The position numbers and the translations under genes are program-made. From the IMG/VR virus record IMGVR_UViG_3300030372_000439, positions 1 to 28,296 of that record: DNA of 28,296 nucleotides. One strand, 5' to 3'. The notes beneath the pieces were generated by a model that was not told where the DNA came from, did not search any database, and worked only from the letters and a program-made list of their open reading frames with translations. Each line of letters starts with the position of its first letter. Positions within the stretch are counted from its first letter, which is position 1. Source of the DNA: a virus. Taxonomy: Duplodnaviria > Caudoviricetes. Positions 9,748 through 18,504 of this stretch are shown piece after piece.

Positions 9748-12119
9748 GCATCTATACGCTGTGTTCTAGGGGAGAAGTTGATTTCAAATTCAGCAGACAT
9801 AATGTTACTCGGTACAGGTTTGTCGTTTTTTATTATAATCGAAGTTTGATTTGCTTTGGAGAATACTGGGAATCTATATTCACCAGAATCAATATTGGTA
9901 GACCCAATCAACAAAGTGTTAGACCCTAAGATTCTACCAGTAAATTTATGTGTACTTGTATCTCTAAAGTCAGGAGTTACTTCTACTTGAAAATAACCTG
10001 ACTCATCGTAGACCAATGTGCCGTATCGTATTTGGACTCTACCGTCAGTAACAATTGCTCTACCTCCAGCAGGGGTATTTTGTTTAATAGTAAGATCAGA
10101 AAACTGGTAAGACATCTCATACGCTTCACCTATGTAATACACTCCAGAAGCCAATGGAGTAGCATCTTTAAGTACCAACTCATTGCTACCATTAGTTTGT
10201 GTCGTAATATCTACTTTCTGTCCTGCTGCTGTGTATATTTCAATAGTTCTACCTGCTGATTTTTTATAAGGAATAGTCAAGGTATCAGACGAAAGAGATA
10301 CACCAGTAGATGTATTAGTTAACCTACGGTCTAATGACGTAACATAAGTAGACCCTGAGTCTGTTTTACCTGCTTCAAAAGCCATCTTTTCTAAGAATAC
10401 ACCTTCGGTTCTTCTACAAACAATAAACAAATCGGTATCTATAAACTCCATACCATAGACTTCTGTGTCTGTCCCAAACTCAAACTGATGCCATGCACTT
10501 TGTATTCGTTCTCGTCCTGACTGGTAATAGTTGTATAAATACAAAGCATCAGGATCACTATCGCTAAGAGCCACAAGAACATTCTCATGGGTAGCAGCAG
10601 CCATTAACTTTATGTTTCCTGGTATGTACTTAGGAACATGAGCAGCAATATCTAAACCTTCAAACTTATCGGTATCACTACTTGTAGGAACGTATTCTCT
10701 TACTCCACTAAAACTACCGCCACGTTTGAACCCAAAGTAAATTGAGGTAGCTGTAGCTAATGGTGTGCAGTTTGGTAAGTTTTCGTAGTTAGAGATTTGA
10801 GCCATTGATACCGTCTTAGGTGTAAGAGTAGTACCACCTTGTAGTATAAACTGAGCAAAGTCAGAGAATAGTATAAGGTTTTCACTAAATGGTACTGCAT
10901 GTTTTAGAGTAGCCACTTGAGTGTGGGCTGCTGCAACATCTATAAGATCAGAGTCTAGTAAGTCAGTAACAGTAGTCCTAAAGAAATTAAAGAACTCACC
11001 TGATTCACTAAGAACAATGTTTTCTCCTGCTAAGAATCCTAAACGGTTCTTAAACAAGAATATATCGTTTATTTTTTGACCAACAAAGCTCGGATCAGGA
11101 TTGGTCGTAAAGTCTCCTACAAGACGGCTAGTCCAACCAAAAGCACTATAATCGTAACTATCGTGGTTCGTGCCGTCTGCTTTTTGAAATACAAACGTAT
11201 TGTCAGCTTGTCTTATTAATACATGAGGCATTGACGCAGGGTTTAGACCCAAACCGTTTGCTAAAGCAGGAGCAGGACATTCTTCCCACAAACCTTCACC
11301 TATAGATGCTGAAACACCTGTAGTTACAAACTTAACGTAGTAATCATCTATGTTGTCAGTAGGAGACCCATCTATTTTAATAATAATTCCATCTTTAGCT
11401 ATAGTAGGAAGATCAGTAAACCTTTGAGCAGATCCTTGAAAAGTTTCAATAAACCCTGTGCTTTCATCATAAGATGAACTAATAGTAAACGCAGAAGTTT
11501 TTGTTAAATAGATAACTGACCCACCTGCGGTAGCAGTAACATTAGCAACAACATTTAAAGTAGCAGCTAAGTCAATAGCGTTTTGCTCTAAATCAGTTGT
11601 TGCTGTTTCTGTGTAAGCTACGCCATCTAATGTAACTGTATAAGTGCCACTTGAAGCCCCTTGTTTTAGAAATATAAGAGCTTCATGTGTATTAACAGAA
11701 GAAGGAGTAGCACCTGTAGTTTCTACCGTATCTTCAGTATTTAATATAAAAGTAACATCAGCAATAGTAACCGCACGAAACGCTGTGTCTGCATTGTTAG
11801 TATCTAAATAAGTAACACCATCAGGAGTATCTACAGTTTGTGCTACGCCATCTAAATCGTATACTTTAATTTCTTCATCTCTAAGAACTACTACATATTG
11901 CTCTGTAGAATCTCTGTTAATAAAGTGAGTAAAAGTCTTAGCACCAGTAGTCAACCCTGACAAAGCCTTGACATGTTCTGTCGGGTATCTTTTTGTTAGA
12001 CCGTCAACAATAGAAGGGTAAGCATTTACTTGTGATTCGCATTGGGTTGAAAACCGTAAGCTATCAGGCTGTTGCGATACCCCATTAATTAAGTTAGGTA
12101 TTGACTTACTAATTAACAT
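9744..12119 (-). CDS. Tail tubular protein B (nozzle, T7 gp12-like)
   Basis: Starts LISKSIPNLINGVSQQPD. Contains MPHVLIR, W..RLVGD..TNPDPSFVG, FKNRLGFL.GEN and QSAWH. 791 aa. Confidence 0.95.
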   Translation of the reverse strand: MLISKSIPNLINGVSQQPDSLRFSTQCESQVNAYPSIVDGLTKRYPTEHVKALSGLTTGAKTFTHFINRDSTEQYVVVLRDEEIKVYDLDGVAQTVDTPDGVTYLDTNNADTAFRAVTIADVTFILNTEDTVETTGATPSSVNTHEALIFLKQGASSGTYTVTLDGVAYTETATTDLEQNAIDLAATLNVVANVTATAGGSVIYLTKTSAFTISSSYDESTGFIETFQGSAQRFTDLPTIAKDGIIIKIDGSPTDNIDDYYVKFVTTGVSASIGEGLWEECPAPALANGLGLNPASMPHVLIRQADNTFVFQKADGTNHDSYDYSAFGWTSRLVGDFTTNPDPSFVGQKINDIFLFKNRLGFLAGENIVLSESGEFFNFFRTTVTDLLDSDLIDVAAAHTQVATLKHAVPFSENLILFSDFAQFILQGGTTLTPKTVSMAQISNYENLPNCTPLATATSIYFGFKRGGSFSGVREYVPTSSDTDKFEGLDIAAHVPKYIPGNIKLMAAATHENVLVALSDSDPDALYLYNYYQSGRERIQSAWHQFEFGTDTEVYGMEFIDTDLFIVCRRTEGVFLEKMAFEAGKTDSGSTYVTSLDRRLTNTSTGVSLSSDTLTIPYKKSAGRTIEIYTAAGQKVDITTQTNGSNELVLKDATPLASGVYYIGEAYEMSYQFSDLTIKQNTPAGGRAIVTDGRVQIRYGTLVYDESGYFQVEVTPDFRDTSTHKFTGRILGSNTLLIGSTNIDSGEYRFPVFSKANQTSIIIKNDKPVPSNIMSAEFEINFSPRTQRIDA

Positions 12120-12724
12120 TACGTCCTCACTCTATTAATAATATTACCTCTATTGATAATCCTAAAAACATCATTGTTTTCAAAAATACTGTGATCGGCT
12201 GTATCCATTTCGTATTCTCTAAGTGCCATGAATGCTTGTTGTTCGTTTATTCTGTTAAACCTATGTAGTTTGTCAGAACCTAAAAGTCTATCCTGGTACA
12301 CCCTAGCAGCACGAATCATAATGTATCTTTTAGCTACTTCAGGCATCTCGTCCCACTCTAGTAAAACAACAGCAGTTACTTTAAGAGTTTGTGTAAAGAC
12401 ATACGAATTGTTTACTCTGTTATACAGTTTAGTACCACGAACTACAATATCAAAGTCAGGGTCTAAGTTAAGTCCCTCTAAGTCTACCCTTACCATGTTT
12501 GTAGGTAAGTTAATGTTTGTAGTGCTATCTGGTATTAATGGATAATCTATAACAGTATTAAAATGCCAACCATGAGATTGGACTTCTCTAGAGATTTCAT
12601 CAAGTATAGAAGTAGCAAGTGAAACATCGGCTGTTACGTTTGACGTTAGTGAATTTATAGGGGCTTCCCCTACAGCACTAAGCATTGTGTTTACAGCGTT
12701 TAGTTTACTTGTAGTTCCTAACAT
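12119..12724 (-). CDS. Tail tubular protein A (adaptor, T7 gp11-like)
   Basis: L.AVNTMLSAVGEAP(I)NSL, EVQSHGWHFNT, RG.KLY and MPE..KRYI..RAAR motifs. Confidence 0.95.
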   Translation of the reverse strand: MLGTTSKLNAVNTMLSAVGEAPINSLTSNVTADVSLATSILDEISREVQSHGWHFNTVIDYPLIPDSTTNINLPTNMVRVDLEGLNLDPDFDIVVRGTKLYNRVNNSYVFTQTLKVTAVVLLEWDEMPEVAKRYIMIRAARVYQDRLLGSDKLHRFNRINEQQAFMALREYEMDTADHSIFENNDVFRIINRGNIINRVRT

Positions 12725-12735
12725 ATATATCTCCT

Positions 12736-12770
12736 AAAATAGGAACCACTCCCCTGTCGAGGAGTAGCCC
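12736..12770 (-). terminator. Intrinsic terminator after the major capsid gene (T-phi position)
   Basis: Minus strand reads GGGCTACTCCTC-GACA-GGGGAGTGGTTC (12-bp stem with G-U pairs) followed by CTATTTT. Same position as T7 T-phi. Confidence 0.75.
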
Positions 12771-12791
12771 ATTGTATTGTCTTCAACAAAC

Positions 12792-13826
12792 TTATGAGGT
12801 TTTTAGTCCTACACAAGCTGCTGGACGTAGGTAATTGTGACCCATTGCATACTTAGCAACCATCAAAGTACCTTGGTTTTGTACCAAGTAATCAGATTCG
12901 ATTGCAAGGTCAAGCAGTTTAACTGTACCAATACCTGATCTATGGAATACAAGACCTTCGTAATTAGTAAAGTTTGCACCTGAGTAACCTTCATTGGCAT
13001 CAGCATTAGTAACACTTGCATCGTTAAATGGAGCGTTTCGTACTGACGTAGATCCAAGAGTAGTATCAACTGTTCCGCCAGCGTCATCATTTTCGTTACC
13101 TGTCGGGATGTGGTTACTCATCATAACTTGAACACCACCAACGGTTAGAATTTGACTTCCTCCTTGTTGGAACGATCCACCGTTACCAAAGTCACGGTTT
13201 AGAACAGCACCAGCACTATTAGCAGATCCTGCTGATTGCAACACTTTGTAGAACAAATCAGGAGTAAGAACGCAATAGCGATCTCCTTGTGGAATGTTTT
13301 GTTCATCCATGTGTTGTGCAGCTTCTAGAATCTTATCAATAACACCTGAGCCAGTACCGCCTGTAGCTAAGTTAACACCACCTGTTTTACCAAGAGTATC
13401 AGTAGCATCTGAAGCACCAGCAAGACCTGAACGAATAATTGCTTTATCAGCGTGATTAGCAAGAGCGTACCCTAGCTCTTTAGAATAAATAGAACGAACA
13501 TCGTAGTGATTCATTGCTTCATCAATGTTTGCAATAAACGCATGAGCAATTAGTAGGTTATCAATGTTAATAACTCTTTCGGAATGATCTATGGCTGTGC
13601 CAAGAATTTCATCACCAGGAGCATGGTAACCAGCAGTTGCTGTTCCTACTAAAGGAAATTGAGCAGACTTACCACTTTGGATTGTTCGCACATTGTGGAG
13701 AGGCATCATTACGTTTCTTTCAGAAAACGCTGCTAATACTTCCCCACTAAAAGTTTTAAGGAATAATGCGAAAGCATCGTTCCCGTCTTTTACAAGACCT
13801 AGTCGTGATTCAGTCATATCTGACAT
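12792..13826 (-). CDS. Major capsid protein (T7 gp10-like)
   Basis: ALFLKTFSGEVL.AF, RTIQSGKSAQFP, I.ID.LL, HYDVRS.YS.ELG.ALA...D and KYAMGH..LRP motifs. Confidence 0.97.
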   Translation of the reverse strand: MSDMTESRLGLVKDGNDAFALFLKTFSGEVLAAFSERNVMMPLHNVRTIQSGKSAQFPLVGTATAGYHAPGDEILGTAIDHSERVINIDNLLIAHAFIANIDEAMNHYDVRSIYSKELGYALANHADKAIIRSGLAGASDATDTLGKTGGVNLATGGTGSGVIDKILEAAQHMDEQNIPQGDRYCVLTPDLFYKVLQSAGSANSAGAVLNRDFGNGGSFQQGGSQILTVGGVQVMMSNHIPTGNENDDAGGTVDTTLGSTSVRNAPFNDASVTNADANEGYSGANFTNYEGLVFHRSGIGTVKLLDLAIESDYLVQNQGTLMVAKYAMGHNYLRPAACVGLKTS

Positions 13827-13876
13827 AATCGACCTCTTTCATAATGTGAGATTTATAAAAATAAAGTTTGAAGTTT

Positions 13877-14185
13877 TTAATGGTTACTTACAGGATTCCA
13901 AGCTGTCCAGTTATCCGCCGTAGCGGGCTGCGTTAGATTTTCTGAAGGCTCATCCATATCAGCACTTCCAGATAACCATCCTTCGGGAATAGTTACCTTG
14001 TTACCAGAAAGTTCCCAATCGGAACCATTCCAGTAGTAAACATAGCCCCTAACATTAGGACCTATGCGTATAAGACCTTCACTTTCGGGGACGAATACGA
14101 CTCTTGAATTTTCGCACCCTGTTAGTCCAAGCAGAGCGAATCCGCTTAGGAGGAGGAGGGGCATCTTTACCAATAGTCGGTTCAT
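13877..14185 (-). CDS. Lipoprotein, putative outer-membrane spanin (Rz1-like)
   Basis: Signal peptide with lipobox LLGLTG/C, and a GGAG RBS upstream. The start lies inside the upstream TM-anchored ORF, downstream of the holin. Confidence 0.65.
   Translation of the reverse strand: MNRLLVKMPLLLLSGFALLGLTGCENSRVVFVPESEGLIRIGPNVRGYVYYWNGSDWELSGNKVTIPEGWLSGSADMDEPSENLTQPATADNWTAWNPVSNH
13908..13930 (-). promoter_or_regulatory. Structured RNA element (cUACGg hairpin) upstream of the capsid gene
   Basis: CAG-C-CCGC-TACG-GCGG-ATAA-CTG: a GC-rich hairpin with a UNCG tetraloop in otherwise AT-rich sequence, about 80 nt upstream of the capsid ATG. Confidence 0.45.
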
Positions 14186-14258
14186 TCGCTTTCTCCAAAA
14201 GTGTAGGTAATAGTTTGTGTAAAACTGAAGTAATTAAACTAATAAGAAACGACATCAT
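14079..14258 (-). CDS. 59-aa N-terminally hydrophobic protein, putative inner-membrane spanin (Rz-like); absent from ORF track
   Basis: Translated by hand: MMSFLISLITSVLHKLLPTLLEKANEPTIGKDAPPPPKRIRSAWTNRVRKFKSRIRPRK*. The ATG overlaps the holin stop (ATGA), and the 3' 107 nt overlap the lipoprotein gene in another frame. Confidence 0.6.
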   Translation of the reverse strand: MMSFLISLITSVLHKLLPTLLEKANEPTIGKDAPPPPKRIRSAWTNRVRKFKSRIRPRK

Positions 14259-14491
14259 TCTGCCACAGCAGTTTCGTCAGTTTCCCACTTAGCCTCTTCT
14301 TCAGCTTGTTTCTTTTTAACGGCTGTTCTACTAGCACCATAACCAAGAGCAGCTAAACCACTCATAGCCATACCTAGCATTTGACCAAGAGACGATTCCA
14401 TTGGGAATGCTCCTGAGGCTACCAAAGCACCAATCATCATTGCAGCAGTTGATAACCAAAATTCTGTGGATTTATATCCAGGTTTAGACAT
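14255..14491 (-). CDS. Putative holin (two TM helices)
   Basis: KPGYKSTEFWL start, two hydrophobic segments and a basic/charged C-tail. AGGAG RBS. Confidence 0.7.
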   Translation of the reverse strand: MSKPGYKSTEFWLSTAAMMIGALVASGAFPMESSLGQMLGMAMSGLAALGYGASRTAVKKKQAEEEAKWETDETAVAE

Positions 14492-14502
14492 TACGATCTC
14501 CT

Positions 14503-15228
14503 TTAAGAAAGATTAGAAATAGAAAGACGTTGTTGGATTTCCTTACGGTACGCAGGATCTTTAGAGTATTTAGGATTCCTCATAGCTTCTGAAACCTGTT
14601 GCCAAGAACCAAAAGCATTTGTAGACGTACCTGTAGCTTTACCTTTAAACAAACTAGGGGATGTGCCTTCACTTTGAGTGAACCTTGCATGTAACCCTTG
14701 AACTGCTAAAAGTCGTGCATCGTTTGATGACTCAGCGATGGTATCGTTGTAGGCTTCTATCTCTGCATCTGAAAGATTTTCAGAAGCCCATTCCATCATG
14801 TTGTTGTAAGACTCTTCGCCACCTACGGTGTTATACACCGATGTTTCGGCTTGACTTGCAAGAGCTTGTAACCCATCGACATAAGTCCTAACCATTTCTT
14901 CTGGTAAACCTTTGTCTACTAAACTTTTTATTGTTTCATCTGACAATGTACCAGTTTCGCTAAACTCAGCGTTGTACTGTGAAACATCGTCTTGACCAAA
15001 TAAACCTGTAGATTCTTCGTTTGTTTCTTCTACAACTTCTTCTGGTTGTGCTTCTGCTTCTGGTTGTTGTCCCATCTTTGATTCTAATTCAGAATAAGCA
15101 GTAGCTAAATCTTCAGCATTATTGAATTTTTCAGGTAACCACTCAGGTCTTTCTGCTTGTGGTGCTTCTGCTTCTGGTGTTGGTGCGTCTGGTCCTGTAA
15201 CGCCAGTCTCCATCTGGACTCGATCCAT
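14503..15228 (-). CDS. Capsid assembly scaffolding protein (T7 gp9-like)
   Basis: ERPEWLPEKF...LA.AYSELE, VGGEE.Y..M.EWA..NL and AM..PKY.KDPAYR..(I)..RL motifs. Acidic. Confidence 0.93.
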   Translation of the reverse strand: MDRVQMETGVTGPDAPTPEAEAPQAERPEWLPEKFNNAEDLATAYSELESKMGQQPEAEAQPEEVVEETNEESTGLFGQDDVSQYNAEFSETGTLSDETIKSLVDKGLPEEMVRTYVDGLQALASQAETSVYNTVGGEESYNNMMEWASENLSDAEIEAYNDTIAESSNDARLLAVQGLHARFTQSEGTSPSLFKGKATGTSTNAFGSWQQVSEAMRNPKYSKDPAYRKEIQQRLSISNLS

Positions 15229-15230
15229 TA

Positions 15231-16781
15231 TTATTCTCCTTTGGACATCTCGGCATCAATCTTTTGTGCCTCTCTGAACTGCTTATCTGCAATGTCTAAA
15301 ACCTGTGGACCAACTTGTTGTGCCATCATTTGTTGTTGCATTGCTTGCTGTTCTTCAGCAATTTGTTCAGGAGTCTTGATTAAGCCTTCTGTGTCTAAAC
15401 TTAGTGCAGTCGCTCTACGTTTGATATATTCTTGTAGATTGACGTATTGACCCAGAACTTCTGGACCTAATGTTTGTGCTATTCCCTGGAGGAAAAAGTC
15501 TAACTTATTAAGATCCGAGGCTCGTCCTAAGGCTTCTACACCAGTAATAATAGTAGGAGTAATAAATTTCTTAGGGAGCTTCGGTAATCGTTTCTGTTTC
15601 TCCATCCTAGCCATAAGCCTAGTAATTAAAGGTAACTGAAACTCTTGTGATAACAAACTATAGATGCCCCCTAGTTGTCGTTCTATAGATTGTTGTATAA
15701 CTCGTATTTCTTCGGCGGTTACTCTGTCAGCATTTCTTATGGTAGATTCAGTTAGAAGAAACGCATACGACAGACGCTCTTGAATGGCTTGACTCGTTGA
15801 CGCAGCAATAGATAAGTCTTGGCTTTTCTGGCTCTGTAGTACAGTAACATCATTTGCTGAACCCTCCACAATACTACCATTTGCAGATTGAGCCAATGCT
15901 CTAGCTCTAGTAGTTCCATTTGGATTTACTAAGAATAATATTTTACTTGCTGCTGCTGCACCTTCAACAATAGCCATTGACAATCCTTCAAGAGACTTTA
16001 AGTCTCCTAAGTATTGCTCAACATAACCTCGTCCATAGTTCTCACCTTCAACTCTATGAAGACGTAAAGCTATATAAGGTGATTTATCTTTAGCGTAAAC
16101 TCCACGGCTACCCTCTATTTCTACTCCACCTACTTCTTGAAATACTTGACATTTTTTATCGGGAAGAGTTTCTATGCAAGTATATAAGTCTACAGATCCA
16201 TCTGTATTAGGTGTTTGCGAAGCGATGGCTGATTGTATGTCTTCTGGTAAGACCGTGGGATTTACGCTTTCTTTTGTTACAATCTTAATGACGTTACCCA
16301 TAGGGTCTCGTTCAACAACATAACGATCTAAATGAAAGACCCTCATACCGCCTTCATCAGGCATATGTACTAATACATTACCTGCTACTAAAAGATGTTT
16401 AACTGCTTCAAATGTAGCCGTTCTTATGTTATTTGTTTCGATCTCCTTCATAACTGCTTTTTCAATAGCAGACAAAGTAGACTCAACTTCAGTCTTTATA
16501 TCAGGAACACCCTCGATTTGACGTAGTGCCTGATCATCTAAAACCAACCGAAAGAATGGAGAACTTGGAGGTAATAAACTTAGTAGCAAAGCACTTGCTA
16601 AATTATTAACTCCTCTTGCTCCAGTACCATTATAAGGTGTATCAAAACGAGTAGCCGAAGAATGACCTGCATCAGGCACTAAAGTAGGAATGGTTAAACG
16701 GCTACAATCTCTAGCTCGTTCTAAGAAAGAAAATCTTTGGGCTTCTAACTTTGTGTACATTCCTTGGGCTTTTCCGCTCAT
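15231..16781 (-). CDS. Portal / head-tail connector (T7 gp8-like)
   Basis: GARGVNNLAS.L...L.P, YVVERD..GNV, GENYGRGYVEQYLGDL.SL, RVTAEEIR and LGGIYSLLSQEFQLP motifs. ATG at 16781 is preferred over GTG at 16796. Confidence 0.96.
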   Translation of the reverse strand: MSGKAQGMYTKLEAQRFSFLERARDCSRLTIPTLVPDAGHSSATRFDTPYNGTGARGVNNLASALLLSLLPPSSPFFRLVLDDQALRQIEGVPDIKTEVESTLSAIEKAVMKEIETNNIRTATFEAVKHLLVAGNVLVHMPDEGGMRVFHLDRYVVERDPMGNVIKIVTKESVNPTVLPEDIQSAIASQTPNTDGSVDLYTCIETLPDKKCQVFQEVGGVEIEGSRGVYAKDKSPYIALRLHRVEGENYGRGYVEQYLGDLKSLEGLSMAIVEGAAAASKILFLVNPNGTTRARALAQSANGSIVEGSANDVTVLQSQKSQDLSIAASTSQAIQERLSYAFLLTESTIRNADRVTAEEIRVIQQSIERQLGGIYSLLSQEFQLPLITRLMARMEKQKRLPKLPKKFITPTIITGVEALGRASDLNKLDFFLQGIAQTLGPEVLGQYVNLQEYIKRRATALSLDTEGLIKTPEQIAEEQQAMQQQMMAQQVGPQVLDIADKQFREAQKIDAEMSKGE

Positions 16782-16782
16782 A

Positions 16783-17049
16783 TTAGTATCCACCACCTAC
16801 GCCAGAACCACTTTGTCCAGCTAAAGGTATTCGTAATCTTCTTAAAAGACTAGTTCGAGGGCGTGTAGTACCTGATCTTCTTCTAGTAGCTTGACCTGCT
16901 TGTTGCATTTCCATAGCTGTTTCAGCAGGTTTTGGGGCTACTTGTTCAGGCTCAGGTAATGGTTCTGGAGGTCTTGGAGTTCTTGGGCGAGACGCTCTAG
17001 CCATGAGTGCAGAAGCTATAACTCCAAATATTACTTGGGGTGGACACAT
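16783..17049 (-). CDS. Small virion protein (gp6.7/gp7.3 position)
   Basis: Starts MC, Pro-rich, ends LRIPL..GSGVG, a pattern typical of the small pre-portal proteins of T7-like phages. Confidence 0.6.
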   Translation of the reverse strand: MCPPQVIFGVIASALMARASRPRTPRPPEPLPEPEQVAPKPAETAMEMQQAGQATRRRSGTTRPRTSLLRRLRIPLAGQSGSGVGGGY

Positions 17050-17053
17050 AATT

Positions 17054-17251
17054 TTACCTCAATATATTTTCGTTTTGCTCGTTAAAGACTGATTGTAAAT
17101 GATCTATAACTGAGCGTTGTCCTACTTTGTAAAAGATTTCTCTGTCAGTATCTTGTATTTTAGGTTGCACGACAGGAAAGTTATGGTCCAACCATTGGAC
17201 TAATTCTTTTGAAATTGTAGGGGGTTTTTCCATATACTTGTTCTTATTCAT
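17054..17251 (-). CDS. Small podovirus protein (gp6.5 position)
   Basis: P.ISKELV.WLD..FP...GQRSVIDHL motif. The ATG at 17251 overlaps the upstream stop (ATGA), so the real start is later than the ORF-track start at 17317. Confidence 0.65.
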   Translation of the reverse strand: MNKNKYMEKPPTISKELVQWLDHNFPVVQPKIQDTDREIFYKVGQRSVIDHLQSVFNEQNENILR

Positions 17252-17580
17252 TTTGCGTTCTCTTTCTCCTGAACAAACGCATACATGAGAATAATATAAT
17301 TGATGACATCCATACAAGTATCTTTAAGAGATTCATCGGCTACTTCAAAAGATCCTGACTGAGCAAAGGTACTTAATCTAGACATCTTATCGGTAAGTCT
17401 TACTAAAAACCCTTGCTCTGTAGAACAAATACCCATGAGTTCACAGCGTTTAAAGTTACCAAAAGGATCAGTACCAGATTTTCCTGTGTAATCCTTGTTC
17501 TTCTTTTCAGACAAAGCTCTAGCTTCATCACAAAGTAATTTATGTAATTCTAAATAACTGTTTCTGTCTGTGGTTTCCAT
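17248..17580 (-). CDS. DUF1599 / nucleotide-modification-associated all-alpha protein
   Basis: KKNKDY...DPFGNF...LVRLTDKMSRL...ES..DT..D..NY pattern. Confidence 0.65.
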   Translation of the reverse strand: METTDRNSYLELHKLLCDEARALSEKKNKDYTGKSGTDPFGNFKRCELMGICSTEQGFLVRLTDKMSRLSTFAQSGSFEVADESLKDTCMDVINYIILMYAFVQEKENAK

Positions 17581-18302
17581 AACTTAACCTCCTTTGTTGT
17601 ACGGTTGTATTCACCGTTTCTTAAAATACGAGCGACTCGTGCTTGAGTCAATGCACACTCTTCGTCAAGACCTTGCTTGCGATATGCATTTAAAACTTCT
17701 TCCCATGTCTTCTCCTGAAGAATTTTTTGTGCCGTCTTCGGACCAACAGTAGGGCAGCCCTGATACCCATCAGTCGAGTCGCCTGTGAGTGCTTGCGTAA
17801 GATGGTGGTAGTCGGCTTCTTCTTTAGATATTTCTTGTATTCCTTCGTCTGCTTTATTCGGGTTGTATAATTTCCCTGGTATTGTTTTAAGGTCTTTGTC
17901 TTCGGATATAATAATCGTATCAGTAACTTTTTTATTGAATCCTGTAGCCAGTAACCCAAGAACATCATCAGCTTCCAAACGATCTTCAATAGCACAATTA
18001 TATACCTCTTTTACATAGTCTCTTAGAACAGGGAATACTAACGGTTTTCTCTTAGATTTGCGGTTATTCTTGTATGTTTTTAGAACATCTTTACGCCAGT
18101 TCTCTCTGTCAGAAAAACAAACAATCATAGACGTAGCACCTACCTTTTCTTGTAGATCCGTCAACGCTATGTCCATTCTTTGTTTACCTTCTTTTACGTC
18201 TGAGTGCAATGTCCAAACATCGTCTCCCCAATCGTAAGCGTATTCAATTGCTGTGCATACATTGTATAAAACTATATCACCATCAATAAGTGCTGTCGTC
18301 AT
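17550..18302 (-). CDS. 5'-3' exonuclease (T7 gp6-like)
   Basis: LIDGDI, YK.NR...KP, LEADDVLG, SEDKDL.TIPG, GDSTDGY.GCP.VG.KTA and ARVARIL motifs. Confidence 0.95.
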   Translation of the reverse strand: MTTALIDGDIVLYNVCTAIEYAYDWGDDVWTLHSDVKEGKQRMDIALTDLQEKVGATSMIVCFSDRENWRKDVLKTYKNNRKSKRKPLVFPVLRDYVKEVYNCAIEDRLEADDVLGLLATGFNKKVTDTIIISEDKDLKTIPGKLYNPNKADEGIQEISKEEADYHHLTQALTGDSTDGYQGCPTVGPKTAQKILQEKTWEEVLNAYRKQGLDEECALTQARVARILRNGEYNRTTKEVKLWKPQTETVI

Positions 18303-18504
18303 CTTGGAGTCCTTCCCCTTTTACAGCAGCCATCTTAGCCACTTCAAGTAAACCTATAACTGAATAATAACATCCACCAAAGCAAATAAACAAGTCGTCT
18401 TCTTTTTTAGTTCTTTTGGTAGACGCAATAAAAGCAAAGTCATCAAATCTTTTTATCAACTCTTTGACTAACGCATCTGTGCTGTGGTACTCAATGTCTT
18501 TCAT
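18283..18504 (-). CDS. Hypothetical protein (73 aa)
   Basis: Co-oriented ORF that fills the gap, with an ATGA overlap with the upstream gene. Confidence 0.6.
   Translation of the reverse strand: MKDIEYHSTDALVKELIKRFDDFAFIASTKRTKKEDDLFICFGGCYYSVIGLLEVAKMAAVKGEGLQDDDSTY

Noticed and set aside
12792-12830. T7 gp10A/10B-type capsid frameshift
   Set aside because: There is no canonical in-frame slippery heptamer, and only about 65 nt containing a terminator precede the next gene.
12863-13090. Same-strand alternative-frame ORF within the capsid gene (similar cases at 17690-17995 and 27732-27944)
   Set aside because: These are short, with no motif or functional rationale, unlike the nested MTase frame.
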